A DNA stretch of 62,996 nt, the filler included, from Cercozoa sp. M6MM (lineage: Eukaryota > Protista > Endomyxa: Ascetosporea): assembly GCA_040357565.1 (NCBI GenBank). It is 7 parts of 7 records of this genome, joined end to end, with 100 filler letters (N's around TTAATTAATTAA, not from the genome) between each part and the next. Parts side by side here need not be neighbours in the genome. Positions count along the whole stretch, not along the records: positions 23,979 to 46,655 come from JBDODJ010000180.1; 6 more parts are not named here. One strand, given 5' to 3'. Shown one piece after another: positions 24,068 through 36,800 of this stretch. The position numbers and the translations under genes are program-made. The first letter of the stretch is position 1. Every line of letters starts with the position of its first letter. The notes beneath the pieces were generated by a model. That model worked only from the letters and a program-made list of their open reading frames with translations, searched no databases and was not told the origin of the DNA.

Positions 24068-25906
24068 GGGTCTTGTGCAGAAGCATGCAAGCGCAGTCAT
24101 CGTCGGATTTCGCTGTGCAAAGGTTTCTTTCGATTAATTTTTTTGTTAGTTCCGCCTCCTGCTCGTATCTGGTGTTGCACAGAATACGCACGAAAGCCTT
24201 CTACGCACTCGGGCAGTTCGAGGTGCTTTTCTTTGTCAATGTGAACTTGACTGATGTGACCAGACTGATCTCTCTCTGGCAGGCAGCGCACGCGGCGGCA
24301 ACTCAGACTGTTTGTGTCAGTGCGAACGGACAAGAGACCCTCTCGGCTGCCCTGTGGCAGACCGGAAACTCTGCAGAATCGGCAGCACTCGCGGCGCATC
24401 TGGAACAGGTCTGTTCTTCTGTATTTTCTCTCGTCGATCACTCTTCTACTCTGTCGTAGATCGCTCCGGAAGCTCCAGAAACTCTGATTGCTGCCGGCAA
24501 TGCCCTCGCTCTGTCGGTACGACTGAACAAGACACCTCGGTTGTTAGGCTCTCTGTTTATGTGTCACTGTTTATGTGTCGACACAGGGTGATCGCAGCAC
24601 GGCAATCGAATGCTTCGAAAGCGCCAGTGAGAACGCCACTCGACTCGATCGGTAGACTTAATTGTGAGTGTTATTCGTGAGTGTTATTTGTGAGTGTTAT
24701 TTGTGAGTGTTATTTGTACAGGCTGGAACTATCGTCGTACGCTCAACTGTTGTGTGCCAACGAACACCTGTCGCTGGACAAGCTGTCCGAGGCAGAGAAT
24801 CACTTTCGAACAGCGTTGGAGCATCTGCCTGGTTCGGTACAGTTTGTACCTCTTTCAACTTGTATTTCTTTCCTATCTGTGCTTGTGTTGTGCGCAGTAC
24901 CGAGCTTTGTTTGGCCTCGCTTCCATCGCGGAACAGCAGGGACGACTCAACGAAGCGTCGCGGTTGTTGGTACCTTCTGTTGCGGGGGGGGGGGCTGTTT
25001 TGTTCTTTGTGCCATTTCGTTTGTGCCAAAAGCAACGCACGCTGCGTGCGAATCCGCGTTGCGTCGATGCGCATGTGCAACTAGTAACTTTGAACTTGTT
25101 GAACTTGAGAGTGTCAGTGGTATTGGCTTGCTTTCTAGGCACTGCTGTGTCGTCAGAGTCACCAGGAAGCGATGGCGCTGCAGTCGCTGCAGAAGGTACT
25201 TGTGCTTCTATAGATATGCAGATATAACGTATCTCTCTTGCACTCAGGCACTGACAGTGTCGCCGGCGCATCCGCACGCATTGTACGAACTGGCAGCCCT
25301 CCAGTTGCACCGAGGTAGGCCTCAACTGCATACTGAAAAAGGTATCCATGTGCTTGTGAGTAGGGCGGTACGACCAGGCGCTGCTGCACGCGAGCGCACT
25401 GTCGCGTGTGGCTCCCGAGGACAGCGATGCAATCACACTGCAGGTACCGCAGTGTGTCTGCTTGTTCTTGTTCTTTTATTGTGGGTCCGACAGGCGCGAA
25501 TTCTTGCGAAACTCGGCCGAAATCGCGAGGCAGCGTCGTTGTTTGCTCGGTACCTTTCCTAAAATTGTGCTCTACTTGTGATTGAGAAGACTCTCGTCGA
25601 GTAGTGCGCTGGCGCTGCAGCCGCCCGACGCTGCCGTTGTGGCGCAGGAACTTCAGCAACTTCACGGTACCGCTCTGTCTCCACGATTCTTCTTCACGAT
25701 TCTTGATTTGCACTCGTCACTGCTGTGTCATTCTTGGACACAGAACTGATCTCGCCACGAAACAGCGACGTTGGCGATGTGAAACCTACTCTCTCTGAAA
25801 ACACTACTCTCTGACAGTGTGTGATTTTTTACATACCCACATTGAGCAGGAAGAAATGCTGCCGATGCTGCCTTCGGCTCCTTCGTCCTTCTTTTCGAAC
25901 GCGTAG
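24068..25906 (+). CDS. CDC27: TPR protein, APC/C subunit CDC27/APC3-like, 3' part (about 15 exons)
   Basis: Spliced sequence GQETLSAALWQ, PEAPETLIAAGNALAL, AIECFESA, YAQLLCANEH, YRALFGLA, RVAPEDS, ILAKLG and ALALQP parallels the CDC27 C-terminal TPR array. Confidence 0.68.
24662..24716 (+). repeat. Intronic 13-bp tandem repeat (GTGAGTGTTATTT x4)
   Basis: GTGAGT occurs at 24664, 24677, 24690 and 24703. Confidence 0.95.
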
Positions 25907-26558
25907 ACCGACCAGACTCGCCTCTGATCGCTCTGACTAATACTGAGTTGAGTCATCGAAGAGGCGATTCTGGTTTTAATCGAACGGTGCCATTAGCAGC
26001 GCTACTTGTACAGGCAATATTAGATCCAGAACATCTCGACGAGCGAATGGCCTCGAAATGATTAGATGTGGGACGTGTGCGGCGGGATCTCAAAACTGCA
26101 CAACAGCCGGTGCACACCTTCCGACGTGCTCTCGAGCTGCAACTAAAATCAAGTTTGCAAACAAAATCCAGTCACTCTGTGCGCGTTTCTCCACCCACAG
26201 CGCCGGTGACTAGTGACACTTTTGTGGGCAGTCCTGAAACTCCACTAGTATTTCCTGCCTAATAGACGTTCCTAAACCTCTAATTGCGCCCAGAGAGATC
26301 GGGAACACCGGAACAGGTATTTTAGGCTAAAACTGACATAACTATATGAGCTATAACTTTGTTCGCTGTGTGCTAGTTGAAGCAGCAGCAGCAGAACGAT
26401 AGTTGATTCGCAGGCGCAATCGGCCCCTCTAGAATGTTCAAGTGTGCCTGGGGCCGATATAGTCACTATGTGTGAGAACAGTGGCAAGGTGTGTGACGTC
26501 GACGTAACGCCAGGAACAAACAAACTGCAGGGAATCACTTCAGCGCACCACGACCGGA

Positions 26559-29187
26559 TCACTCCTCATCAGTGGTCCTGACGACGCGCCGGCCAGCGAC
26601 GCTGCGGTGCATGCGCGACTTGAACTGCGTCTTGGGTTTAGGCGCCGCAGCAACACCACTGCACAAAAACACCAATACAAAAAACATAAAGCAAAACCAA
26701 TAGGTAGCAAAAAGCTGAGTCTACGCGGAACGCGGCTTGACAGCGGGTGTGCGCACCAAGGACTCTGTAAAAAGCACGAGTGAGCACCACAAACGCAGCA
26801 GCTGGCTTAAAAGTGGGGTGGTGAGTTTGATACTTTTGGTCTTGAAGTTGGCAAAACTGCGTTTCTCACGCGGAGAGACCGTCTTGGTGGTGCGCGTTTT
26901 GCTGCGATTGCGGCGTGCGCCTGCAGGGACAACGTTGGACAAGGTCACTAACACCGTGGGGTGGAGGATTGGCCCAGCTACCAAAGGAGTCGGCAGAGCC
27001 GAGTTTGGCCGTTCCGAGGGCCGGCTTCTCCTGCGAGACCCGTGCCTTGGCACGAGTGAGCGACACGACCTGCGGGCCGGCCGATCGTGTCGACGCAGTA
27101 GTGCCGGAGACACTGCCTGAGACACTGTCGCTACTGTCAGTTACTTTAGCAGTGTCTGCAACAACTGCCTGGACAGATGTGTCAGGGTCCTGTACGCAGG
27201 GGTAGATAGGGAGGTAAGAGGGGGTTAGAGGGGTAATGAGGGACAGTAAAGGAGGGAAAGAGGGGGGTAAAGAGGGGTAAAGTCGTACCACGCCCTCCAG
27301 CAAGCACTTAGCGCGATGCAGTCTCGTCAGCGTGGCTGCACTCACCATGTCCTGTGCACGGGGACGAAGATAAGGGGGGTAAAGGCCTCTCATGGCATAG
27401 AGTACTACCGTCTTCTTTTGGACGTAGGTGGACGGCATCCAACCTAACTCCTGGCCCTCGCTCTGGTGTGTGCATCACTGTTATACAGGGGGAAAGGAGA
27501 GAGGGGTAAACAAGGTACTGCATCCACAGGCAACGCACGCCACCAGCCCTCGTCATTCACCTGGGGGGAGGGGGTAACAGGGGGGGGGGGGGGGGGGAGG
27601 TCAAGGTGTCTCAAGAAGCAACAACGAAAGCTACCGCATCGACAACGTAGAGCGCCTGCGAGCGCAGCGACAACTCGGGCGGCTCGATGCCCTTTTTGCC
27701 AGACCAGGGTAAATGGGTGGACGGGTAAATAGGGAGGAAGGGTCAATAGGGTGGACAGTAAATAGGGTTATCAGACCATGGTAAATGGGGGGGGGGACTA
27801 GGGCAGAGGGGGGTAAAGAGAGAGTCTACCTCCTCGGCAGTGTAGTTGGCAATCGCCTGGCATAGGAACGGTTCGACTTTGGTGGCCTCTGCTTCTTCCT
27901 CTTCCTCCTCTTCCTCTTCCTCTTCCTCTTCCTCTTCCTCGTCCTCCTCTTCCTTACCTTGCTCATCCTCATCTTGCTCATCTTCCTTCTCTGGCTCGTC
28001 CTCCTCTGGCTCGTCCCCTTCCTCTTCCTCTTCCTGCTCGTCCTCAGAGTCGAAGGGAACAGTGGCCAGCGTAGGCACAGCAGCAGGCGCAAAGGTCGGC
28101 ACGGCAGGGTCGGCAGGCAGGGCACGCAGGTAGTTCGACGGCGCCCAGCCCTCCAGGCCGTCGGCACGCCGCGCCAGCCACCAGCCACTAACAGAGGGTG
28201 AACGAGAGTAAGGTGTGTGCTAAGTGGGGAAGGGTAAAGCTAGGAAGGGGTAAAGCTAGGATGGGGTAAAGCTAGGAAGGGTAAAGATAGGTAGGGGTAA
28301 AGATAGGAAGGGGTAAAGATAGGAAGGGGTAAAGCTAGGAAGGGGCAAAGCTAGGAAGGGGTAAAGCTAGGAAGGGGTAAAGATAGGAAGGGGAAAAGGT
28401 ACCTAGTGTTCTTGAGAACCACAGTGTAGCGCTCGTCCTAAGACAGAGACAGGAGGAGAGAGGGGGAGGGTACACAATAGAGACAACATGAGAGAGTGTG
28501 CATACCTTGAGAAGCGTCATTTCGGCAGGGTCGGCCTCTTCTTCGGCAGTGTAGGCAGCCTGGAGGAAGGCATCATTGATAGTTCCTCCCGTACCTCCTC
28601 GTTTCACAATGTGGGGACAAAGTACAATGGCAACGACACGGAACGGCTCGCATTCTTCAATGTCGTCCTCTTCTTCTTCCTCTTCCTCTTCCTCTTCCTC
28701 TCTTTCTTCTTTGTCCTGTTGCTGCTGTTGCTCTTGCTGTTGTTCCTGCTGAGTGGAGAGGTCAGAGGCCAGAGAAAGGGAAGAAAGGGGAGGGGGAGGG
28801 GAAGGGAAGGAAAGGGAAGGGTAAGGGAAGGGAAGGGAAGGGACTATACCTGAGGCTCAATGTCCTCAAAGTCCGAGTCGCTGTCCTCCTCCAGTCGCTG
28901 CACAAAAAAAAACACACACACACACAAGTTGGAACACGTCCAGACAGTGAGAGACACTCTAGCCAATGCAGACAGGCAGCGAAAGCACGGACCTGCAGGT
29001 AGGTGACGGGCGCCCAGCCCTCCACGGACGGCTCGTTCTCCTTGCGCACCTTGGACCACCCGTTGGCCTCCCTTAACACCAGGTAGACGCCGTTCTTCTC
29101 CAGCGACACCTGCCGACTCGACGATGCCGTCGTTTCTGTCGGAGTAAAGTCCGCCCTGGCAGCCACCGAGTACAGCACTGTCTCCAT
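26559..29187 (-). CDS. Triple-SH3 adaptor protein with acidic linkers and basic disordered tail
   Basis: Three SH3 signatures: GWSKVR...EGWAPVTYL, GWWLARR...EGWAPSNYL and GWWRA...GWMPSTYV. Poly-Glu linkers lie between them. Confidence 0.85.
28228..28393 (-). repeat. Intronic 16-bp minisatellite, TTCCTAGCTTTACCCC on the sense strand, 10 copies
   Basis: The plus strand shows GGGGTAAAG(C/A)TAGGAA repeated inside an SH3-gene intron. Confidence 0.95.
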
Positions 29188-29385
29188 CCGCACGGACGCA
29201 CTGCTCACACGGATCACACGTGACCACCCACAAATCAGCACTCTACAGACCTACCGCTATGCCTAGCCGTTGTTATGTGGGTGCCACACACCTGGGATCA
29301 CGCCGCACACAGATTCAGGCTCTCACACTGCAAACCAGCAAGAAATGATACCGTTGGCCCAAATACCGTTGTATTATAAAACGCG

Positions 29386-29455
29386 CTACTTGACGTAATC
29401 GTATCGCCAGGTACGACGCTAGCACAAACCACACTACTTGACGTAATCGTATCGC
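29386..29455. promoter_or_regulatory. Exact 22-bp direct repeat upstream of the SH3 gene containing TGACGTAA
   Basis: CTACTTGACGTAATCGTATCGC occurs at 29386-29407 and 29434-29455. The regulatory role is inferred. Confidence 0.4.
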
Positions 29456-30258
29456 TTTGTCGTCCCGTTGATCGGGGTGCGACAACAGCAGGAAACAGCA
29501 ACCAACGATTGCCTGACTGCTTGATCGCTCCGATCGATCATATTTTTGGGGATTTCGCTCGCACTTGCACATCACGCCGGTGAGTTGCAGCTGTACGATA
29601 CTTTGTACTGTGCTGAACGAGCCAGTAAACTTCGATCTTATGGGATGGATGTGTTACATTTTGCAACACAAACAATTTGAAGGCCAAATGCATCGTCGTA
29701 GCACGTGGCCCTCTCGAGATAGGGATCAGGCCTTGGTAAATTGAGGACACTTTGCCAGTGATACAAAAAACTAAGGAACGTAAGAAAGTCTGTTCTTGGA
29801 GGAAGAGTGGCCAAGTGTCAGTTTGAAAAAGTGAGTTACCCCAGCGGTTCAGTTGGGCGGCAAAGCACTGATGGACGGGAAAGTCACCCGCCAGATGTTT
29901 TACTGTGGAAAGGACAGTCAGTTAAAGGGTTCTTGAGACGGAAAGGCGTCGTCAGCACTGAGTAGTGAGTTCAGAAGTACTTGAGTTGGCGTGAAGTAAA
30001 GAAAAGAAGAAAGAAGAAGGGCCTTCTTTGAGTTCAGCTGCGAAAAGCTTGCTCGAGGCTTCCCAGCGAACACACGTCAAAATTTTCCACACCTCTCTTG
30101 AGGATTTTTGTAAGTTGTAGTTCATGCTGTAACACAGACCCATCAACACAGTCGTCCTGATCACTGCAGGCAAGTACTGTACGTGTGGGGTAGCTGAACT
30201 CAAGCCAACTCGACCAGCGTCGATTGACGGAAATGAAACTGAACTAGAACAAAACAAG

Positions 30259-31074
30259 CTACAATGCGAGACGATTTGGAAAGATCTTCGTGGCCTATCC
30301 ACGAGCGAAGAATGATGTAAAGCCAACAGAAACGATCTGTCAGTGACCAGGAAACTGAAAGCACCTTATTGCAAGTGACGCCAGTGAGAGGACACTCGAA
30401 CTGGGCGCCTTTCGCGCTTGCGCACGACTCGCACAGACAGAAGGCACCAGACGGAAGACACACATGTGTTCGTGGTTGCTTTTGGCACTCGACACAAAGA
30501 ACCTCAGGCGACACGGTTTCGACGCTTGTTTCACTCACTTCTTCCTGCACAAACCGCACACTCGAAGCTTTTGAGTCAAGGCAATGGGAGTAAGTACGGC
30601 ATCAGGCGTCGATGAGACTTCATGCACGCACATTCGGTCAAACTCGGTCTGCCACTCGTGAAATCAGACAGGAACAAAAAGGAAAGGTTGAAGTACAAGC
30701 GTCATGTGTAAAGACTTGAGTGCTTCCACGAAAACAGCATCGCTGATGCTATTTTCTTCCCGAAACTGCCCAAACCAATGACGACCAGAAAAAGCAGAAT
30801 GCAACAACTAAATTGCACCTGTCTTAGCAACACAAGTTCTGTCGTTGTGATACGCTCGTCAACGAGCAGTCCACGTAGAAACTAGATGCAGCACAAGCAC
30901 TCTTTCGCTGGTGGAGAAACGCACCAACTGAAACAGAAAGCAACACACTTGCCGCACGAGTTCACATCGACGTTTTCGATTTGACAGGTCAGCGGCTGCT
31001 TCCAGTTCAGCGTTGGCTTGCAGTTGCATCGACAACTGCGCCAGCAGCGTCTTCCTGTCGACTGGCTCGGTCAT
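30259..31074 (-). CDS. Small protein with helical domain and degenerate C-terminal C3HC4-type RING (6 exons)
   Basis: CVECQKQPRTHVCLPSGAFCLCESC...CPLT...ATKIF matches the spacing of C-terminal RING-HC domains. Confidence 0.72.
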
Positions 31075-31395
31075 GAGTGGGAAAATTCTTGCCTCACACT
31101 CGATGTCAGCACAGAGACGATCTGTGCCAGATGTTTTATTGAATCAAACACTTTGGCAATCCTTTGATGCCTGTTAGCTCATGTTATACAGCACAGCGAG
31201 TGTTTGATATAGCCGGAGTGCCGGTAAGAAACAACAATTGTAGCCGCTGTCTCAGGCTTGATTTCGGAGGGGATAGAACCGCGTCACTGCTTGCGTGCTT
31301 TGTGTGCGGCGCCGTGGTATGCTTAGTTTTCCCGTTAGGTCATGCTTTGACCTGGTTTTCGATTTGTGTGTTTGTGAAACGCAGGCCAAACCGAA

Positions 31396-33061
31396 ATGGT
31401 GCACTGCAGCCAAGGCGGTATTTGGATCCGATTCCGAAATGCATGGCACGCGAGCACAATGCGGTGTTTGTTTGGGTATTAACAGGCAGCAAGCATGGCG
31501 AGAGTTTTTGGCAAGAGAACTCGGGGTCGTTCGGTCTCAAGGCCATGCAGAGAATGGTATGATGGCCTGCCACTCTGTCGCCGTGTGAACTGACACGTCT
31601 TGTGTGTGTGTTTAGGGCTGGCAAAAAGGCAAAGGCCTCGGCATGAAGCACCAAGGCATTGCGAAATCCATGTCGTTACTGCAGAAGCGCGACCAGTCTG
31701 GTACGCAGAGTCTGTTGTTTTCAGTGTGTCGTTTCTCATCAGTAGACTTGATCTGATGGGACAGGCCTTGGCTCAAAACGATCGCGCAAGATTGCGGACG
31801 AGCACCAAGTAGCCGCAACACACGTTTTCGGGTCGATTCTGGCGAAACTGAACGCTGCCTCGCAAGGCAAGCAGGTAGGGATACTTTTTGAACTCGACCA
31901 GTGAAATTAATCTAATAACTGTTTGGGTTTCGAAGGTCAAGGACGAGTACAGCGGTCTGAATGCTGCCGAATCAGTCGCCAAGTTCAAGACCAAGGTAAC
32001 TGGACTCACTGGCAGCTGTTGAAACTCTCCTTTGTCCCTGCTGACCATGTGCTTCATGGGCAGAGACAACTGTACTCGCGATTCAAGAAGCGCAGCACGC
32101 TGCAGTACTCGCACGTAAGTTTATTCCCCTTTACCCCCCCCCCCCCCCCTCAGTCCACTTGCTTGTCTTTGTTGCCTTGGGACCGTGTTGGCTTGTTGCA
32201 GGAGGAGATGGGCGCTATCTTTGGCCGCAAGGAGAAGGCCGTCGAGGCCGCGCAGCGCCGACGCGAAAAAAGCGACGCTGACTCAGGCGACGGCGATCCC
32301 ACGCGCATGCAGCGCAAGTCGGGTACCCCTTTGTCCCTCTCCATTAGCCTCCTTATTCTCCTGTACCTTTGCGGTAATGCAGGCAAGTCGGTGGCCGATT
32401 ATTTCGCCGAGAAACTCGGCAATCGCGCGATTTTCTTCGATGCCGAAGCTGAGCGTGCGAGGTGCTCTCTCCCTCTCATCTAGATTTTGTGTCACCATGG
32501 AATGTCTGTGTTTTAGACAAGAGCGAAAGGAGAAGGAGCAGGAAGAAAACCAGGTGTGTGCGTGTGTGTGTGTTGGGGTCGATTGGTCTGTCGATTGATT
32601 GACTGATGTGGACTCAGTCCACCGAGCACGATGACGAAGTGCTGGCATCCTGGCCCGGACACGGCGGTACTTAGCTCAGACGCTGCTGACCATTGTGTGT
32701 CTGTGTTGGTTGGTCGTTCATTCCGTTTTGTGCACGCAGAACCGCCGCGCAAGAAGCGGCGAACCAAGGAAGAAAAGAAAGTGCGCCGACAGGAGAAGGA
32801 GAAACGCAAGGTGGCTTCGCTTTCATTGTGGCTTTTGTGTTATATACGCCTTGACTGTGCTATTTTGTGTCGCAGAAGGAACGCAGGAAGCGCAAGGAGG
32901 AGAAGCAGCGCAAGAAGGAGGAGAAACTTAAGCGCAAGGAGGAGAAGCGAAAGAAGAAGGAAGAGAAGAAACTCAAAAAACAGCAGAAAAAGAAGAGCAA
33001 AAAGTCAAAGCTGAGCGAGAGTCACAGTGACTCTGACTCGAACTCTGAGTCCGAGCCCTGA
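31396..33061 (+). CDS. PINX1: G-patch protein PINX1/Gno1 with Lys/Glu-rich tail (start uncertain)
   Basis: G-patch FGLKAMQRMGWQKGKGLG...QGI...GLG, then FGSILAKLN, YSRFKK, AIFGR, SVADYFAEKL and a KKE-rich C-terminus. Confidence 0.82.
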
Positions 33062-33090
33062 CTCTACCTCCACTAGCAGTCCACCTGAAA

Positions 33091-33500
33091 GTGGTTAGTT
33101 AGTTGGGTCTTTTAGGAAACCAACTGTGTAGTTCCCCTGCTTCCTCGTCCCAGGAAATCTTGGTGCAGTCTGCGCTGTTGAGTGTTGCTAGGTTCTCAGT
33201 CTTTAATTGTGCGCCATTGAGCCGCATTGGTATTGTTTCTGATACCTTGATTCCAGAAATCGGTGGTACGTGTCGTGAGTGTCGTTTTTGTACGGTAGTC
33301 GTTGTTTGCAACCTTTGTTTGGGAGTCCTGAGTCTGCCTCTGGCATTGCATTCGTTGCACTTTCGCGGTGTTTGGGCATGAACTGATCTTTGTGGTGCAA
33401 ATCCATCCGTTGCGTTTTGCCCAGGCCCAAGAGGCGCTTATACGCTTCGTGTATGTGTGATCTCATTGTTGTCCTTGTTATGTATGACGTATGAGTCATC
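33091..33500 (-). mobile_element. Decayed retroelement-like 3' fragment (copy B)
   Basis: Intron-less and A-rich on the minus strand. Broken frames give ECNARGRLRT, NKGCK and YHRFLES, then SWFPKRPN* followed by TAAC repeats. It is similar to 48286-48315. Confidence 0.4.
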
Positions 33501-33806
33501 GCATCAAAATCTTTCTTGTAACAGTACAGGTTTTAGATTCAATATTGTGGCGCCACTGTCAGTCGATACAATTCTTAAACTGTTTTGTTTGAACTGTACC
33601 GACTGGAGTTTAGGAGTTAATGTAAAAGAAGATACCGGAAGTTACTTTCGGCCTTCTAAGCGGTCTGCGTGAGGTGTTGGCGCTGTACCGATACATTTGC
33701 GTATCTAGGCAAGGCCGAAAATCACACTTTGAATTGACCTAGAGGAGCTCTCCGGCATCAGAGTGCGCTTCATTTTTTGTGCGCAAATCGAGGATTCCCG
33801 TCGGCA

Positions 33807-36800
33807 ATGTTGGTGTTTTTGGGGCTGCTAAGTCTCAATCTGCTGGTTTCAACAGCACAAGCCACCGGCGCCTCTGTGGTAGTCAATGAGGTACAGTACG
33901 TAAGTACGGTGTTTCACTTTAAGTTAAAAGAGAAGCGTTTGCTTTGTTGTTTGTCCGAAGGGAAACTCTCTTGCCTACGCTTTGAGTGGTCTGCTATCTC
34001 GCGTGATTCAACTGCGCTCATTGGCACGGGGGGACAGTCAAAGATATCCTGAAGTTGAACTGCAAGAAAACGTCATCATGACGGGACGTCTCTTGTTCGT
34101 GGCAATCGCAACTTCACACTCAGCAACTTCGCAGACCTACCGCTTCTACCAAACCAACGGCATGTCACCAGAAGGACCTCTCGTCCGCTCCGACCAAACC
34201 GACACACGGCCAGTGGTGTTGTCACACTTCTGCCAGAGCGACACGCATCTACTGGTCTTTGAAAGCAAGGCCGCTTTCGCTTTCAAGATGGCGCTTAAAG
34301 CCTGGTAAGTTCCACTTTGTCGATTGGCTATCGTCCCTTGGCCATCTGATCTTTGCAGTCTTGAGTATTCTCGGAGAGGCGACGTGCCAGACACTCTGGA
34401 AGTTGATGGCGTGGTGCTGACACCTCCGTGGGCAGTGTACAATGCTGAGAATCGGCAGTGGCGCTACCTATCTGGTGGAAGTTTGACTCCGAGCGAGACC
34501 GCTCAGCCAGAGCCTGAGGCTGAGAGCGAAGCAAGCTCTACCGAGATTTTGGCTGTAAGTTACGAATTGTCTGACCGTTCGTCATCGTAAGTTTATATAA
34601 GTTTACTAAGTTTGAAATGTTTGCACTTTGCGTTTAACAGCTGAGAGAGAAACTTGAGCGACTGGAGGATGCACTCGCACAACGTGATACCGAGTTGCAA
34701 ACACAGCGGCAGCAGGCAGAGCAGCAACAGAGCGACATTGTCCGTATGCTCGTGTTTTGCTTGCTTATTAAGTTTATAAATTGACTGGACTGTACGTCAG
34801 ATCGCGAGGCCCGTCTGCAAGAAGCCGAGAGTCAAGTCAACAGTGAACGTCGTCAGATCGAACAAGAACGACGTCAGCTTGATGCAGAGGTGCCATGATT
34901 TTCAACAATCGAACAAGCACAACAGTACCTTTTTGATTCTTTAGAAACAACGACTGGATAGTGAAGAGAAATCACTACAGCTACGGAGCTCACAGCAGAA
35001 ACAGAGCAAAACGCGTCTCGAGCAACAAAAACAGAAGGCCCTCACTCAAGAGCAGCAACTCCGTGCAAAGGAGCATGAACTGAAAGAACGAGAGACCAAA
35101 GTAAACTGTTTTTGTGGCAAAATTTAAGTCACATTCTATGTCTGTATTTGTTGACCGTAGCTGCAAAAAGCTGTGCAAGCCCACAACGCCGAAGAAGCGC
35201 GACAGGCGTCGCAGCTGGAGCGGAAACTGAAACAGCAAGAACAAAAGCTGGCCGAACTTCAGGCTCAACGCGAGCACTCGACGCGAAGAAGCGCGAACTC
35301 GATCGCCAGGTGAACTGCAGAATCGCTGAGCTTGTGTACTGATACTTAGGTTGATTTAACTTTAAACAGAGGCAGAAGAACGAAGAGTGGGCGCGAGAGC
35401 ACAGCACGTGGAAAGCGCCACCGACTGTTCGCAAGGCCGTGCAGACAGTCAAGCCACAGACGGTTTCCCGTTCCACGCGGACAGAAGCAAGTAGTGGTCA
35501 GTTGCAACTCGAGCGGGTCGACGTTAAATTGCCTGCGTTCGTGCGAGACTGGAAGCCCGACCGTCCGCGTCTGCCGGCCTCGGCCGTCTGGCAGTTGTGC
35601 CTGCTCGAAGACACACCACAACCTATGGGTGTAGTCACACCAGTGAAGACACACACCGAGTGCAAGCACGTGCCGAGTTTTCACCTTGGCGAGCGGGCTG
35701 AAGATTTGACGTACTTTTCCGTAGTTTTTCAACAGCATACGGATAGTACTGTTGGTGTGTGACAGGTACAGCGACATGCACGACTACTGGATGACAGTGC
35801 CAAACGAGGCTTTCCTCGACGTGAGTCGTCTGTGCCTTCGGGTGACCGACCTGGCTGACTCATCCGCTTGGCTGCTTCGCGTGACTGCAAAGCCCTTGTA
35901 CTCTCAACCTTTGTCGTTTCACTGACACTGAGGACTGAGTGCATCTGTGTAGCCATTCCACCATCGACAATCTTCAGAAGCAACTAACTGCCTCAGTAAG
36001 CTGAACCGTCGGATTTTTTGAGTTCACAAAAGATCTACCTATCTCCGGATCTTAGAGCAAGCGTCGCCGCAAGCGCGCAGCTACCTCAGGCGTACGGAAA
36101 CCCCAGTCGGAAAACGAAGTCGCTAAGGCTGCGCTCCAGGAACAAATTATCATCGAGCTCATCCGCGCGGAAGGAGCGACTCCACCCCAAGGACAAGGCC
36201 TCATCCGAAAGATGAGCATCCACGTCCTGCTGCGCGGCTTCATGCAAGGACCTCCGTTGTTGAGTTCCACGTTTGCTGGGGTACAGTTTAATCACTCACC
36301 GTCAGTATTCTGAACCTTCAGTTGTCAATGCTGCATTTTTAGGAGAAACTGGTGCGCTATCCAGCACATGTGGACGGATGCGACTGGCACTTTGAAGACA
36401 ATTACTTGTTCTCGTAAGATCAGTTTCTGCCACCACAACGAATGTAAGTTTATACTTACCTGGACCTGGGCCGATCTAGGGGCGCTAAAAACAAGCAGCT
36501 GGTGTTGCCTCTCAGCGAGTTCGCCTGCATGGCCGACACAGGAAATTATGGCGTCGCTGTGGCGACAAAAACACCTCAAGGCATCAAATATTACCAACAG
36601 GTGACCGAAACAAATTCGTCATGGGGGCACCTGCCTGTTCAAACTTACAGCAAATTTATGTTTGTTGCAGTCGCCAGTTTTCGATACCGGAAAGAAAGCA
36701 GTGCTGCTGTCTCTGGAAGAACTCCCCGTCGACGCTGAGGTCGTTCAGGTCACACTGACGCTGCGATTACGTTTGCGTCCGTACGTTGCAGCAGCTGAAA

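Noticed and set aside
29386-29455. CRISPR-like repeat-spacer-repeat
   Set aside because: Only two repeats, no cas genes, and a eukaryotic context.
36452-36463. ATACTTACCTGG, identical to the U1 snRNA 5' end
   Set aside because: No U1A loop (ATTGCAC) or convincing U1 stems follow, and the downstream sequence is a predicted coding exon. Likely chance; an Rfam U1 scan would settle it.
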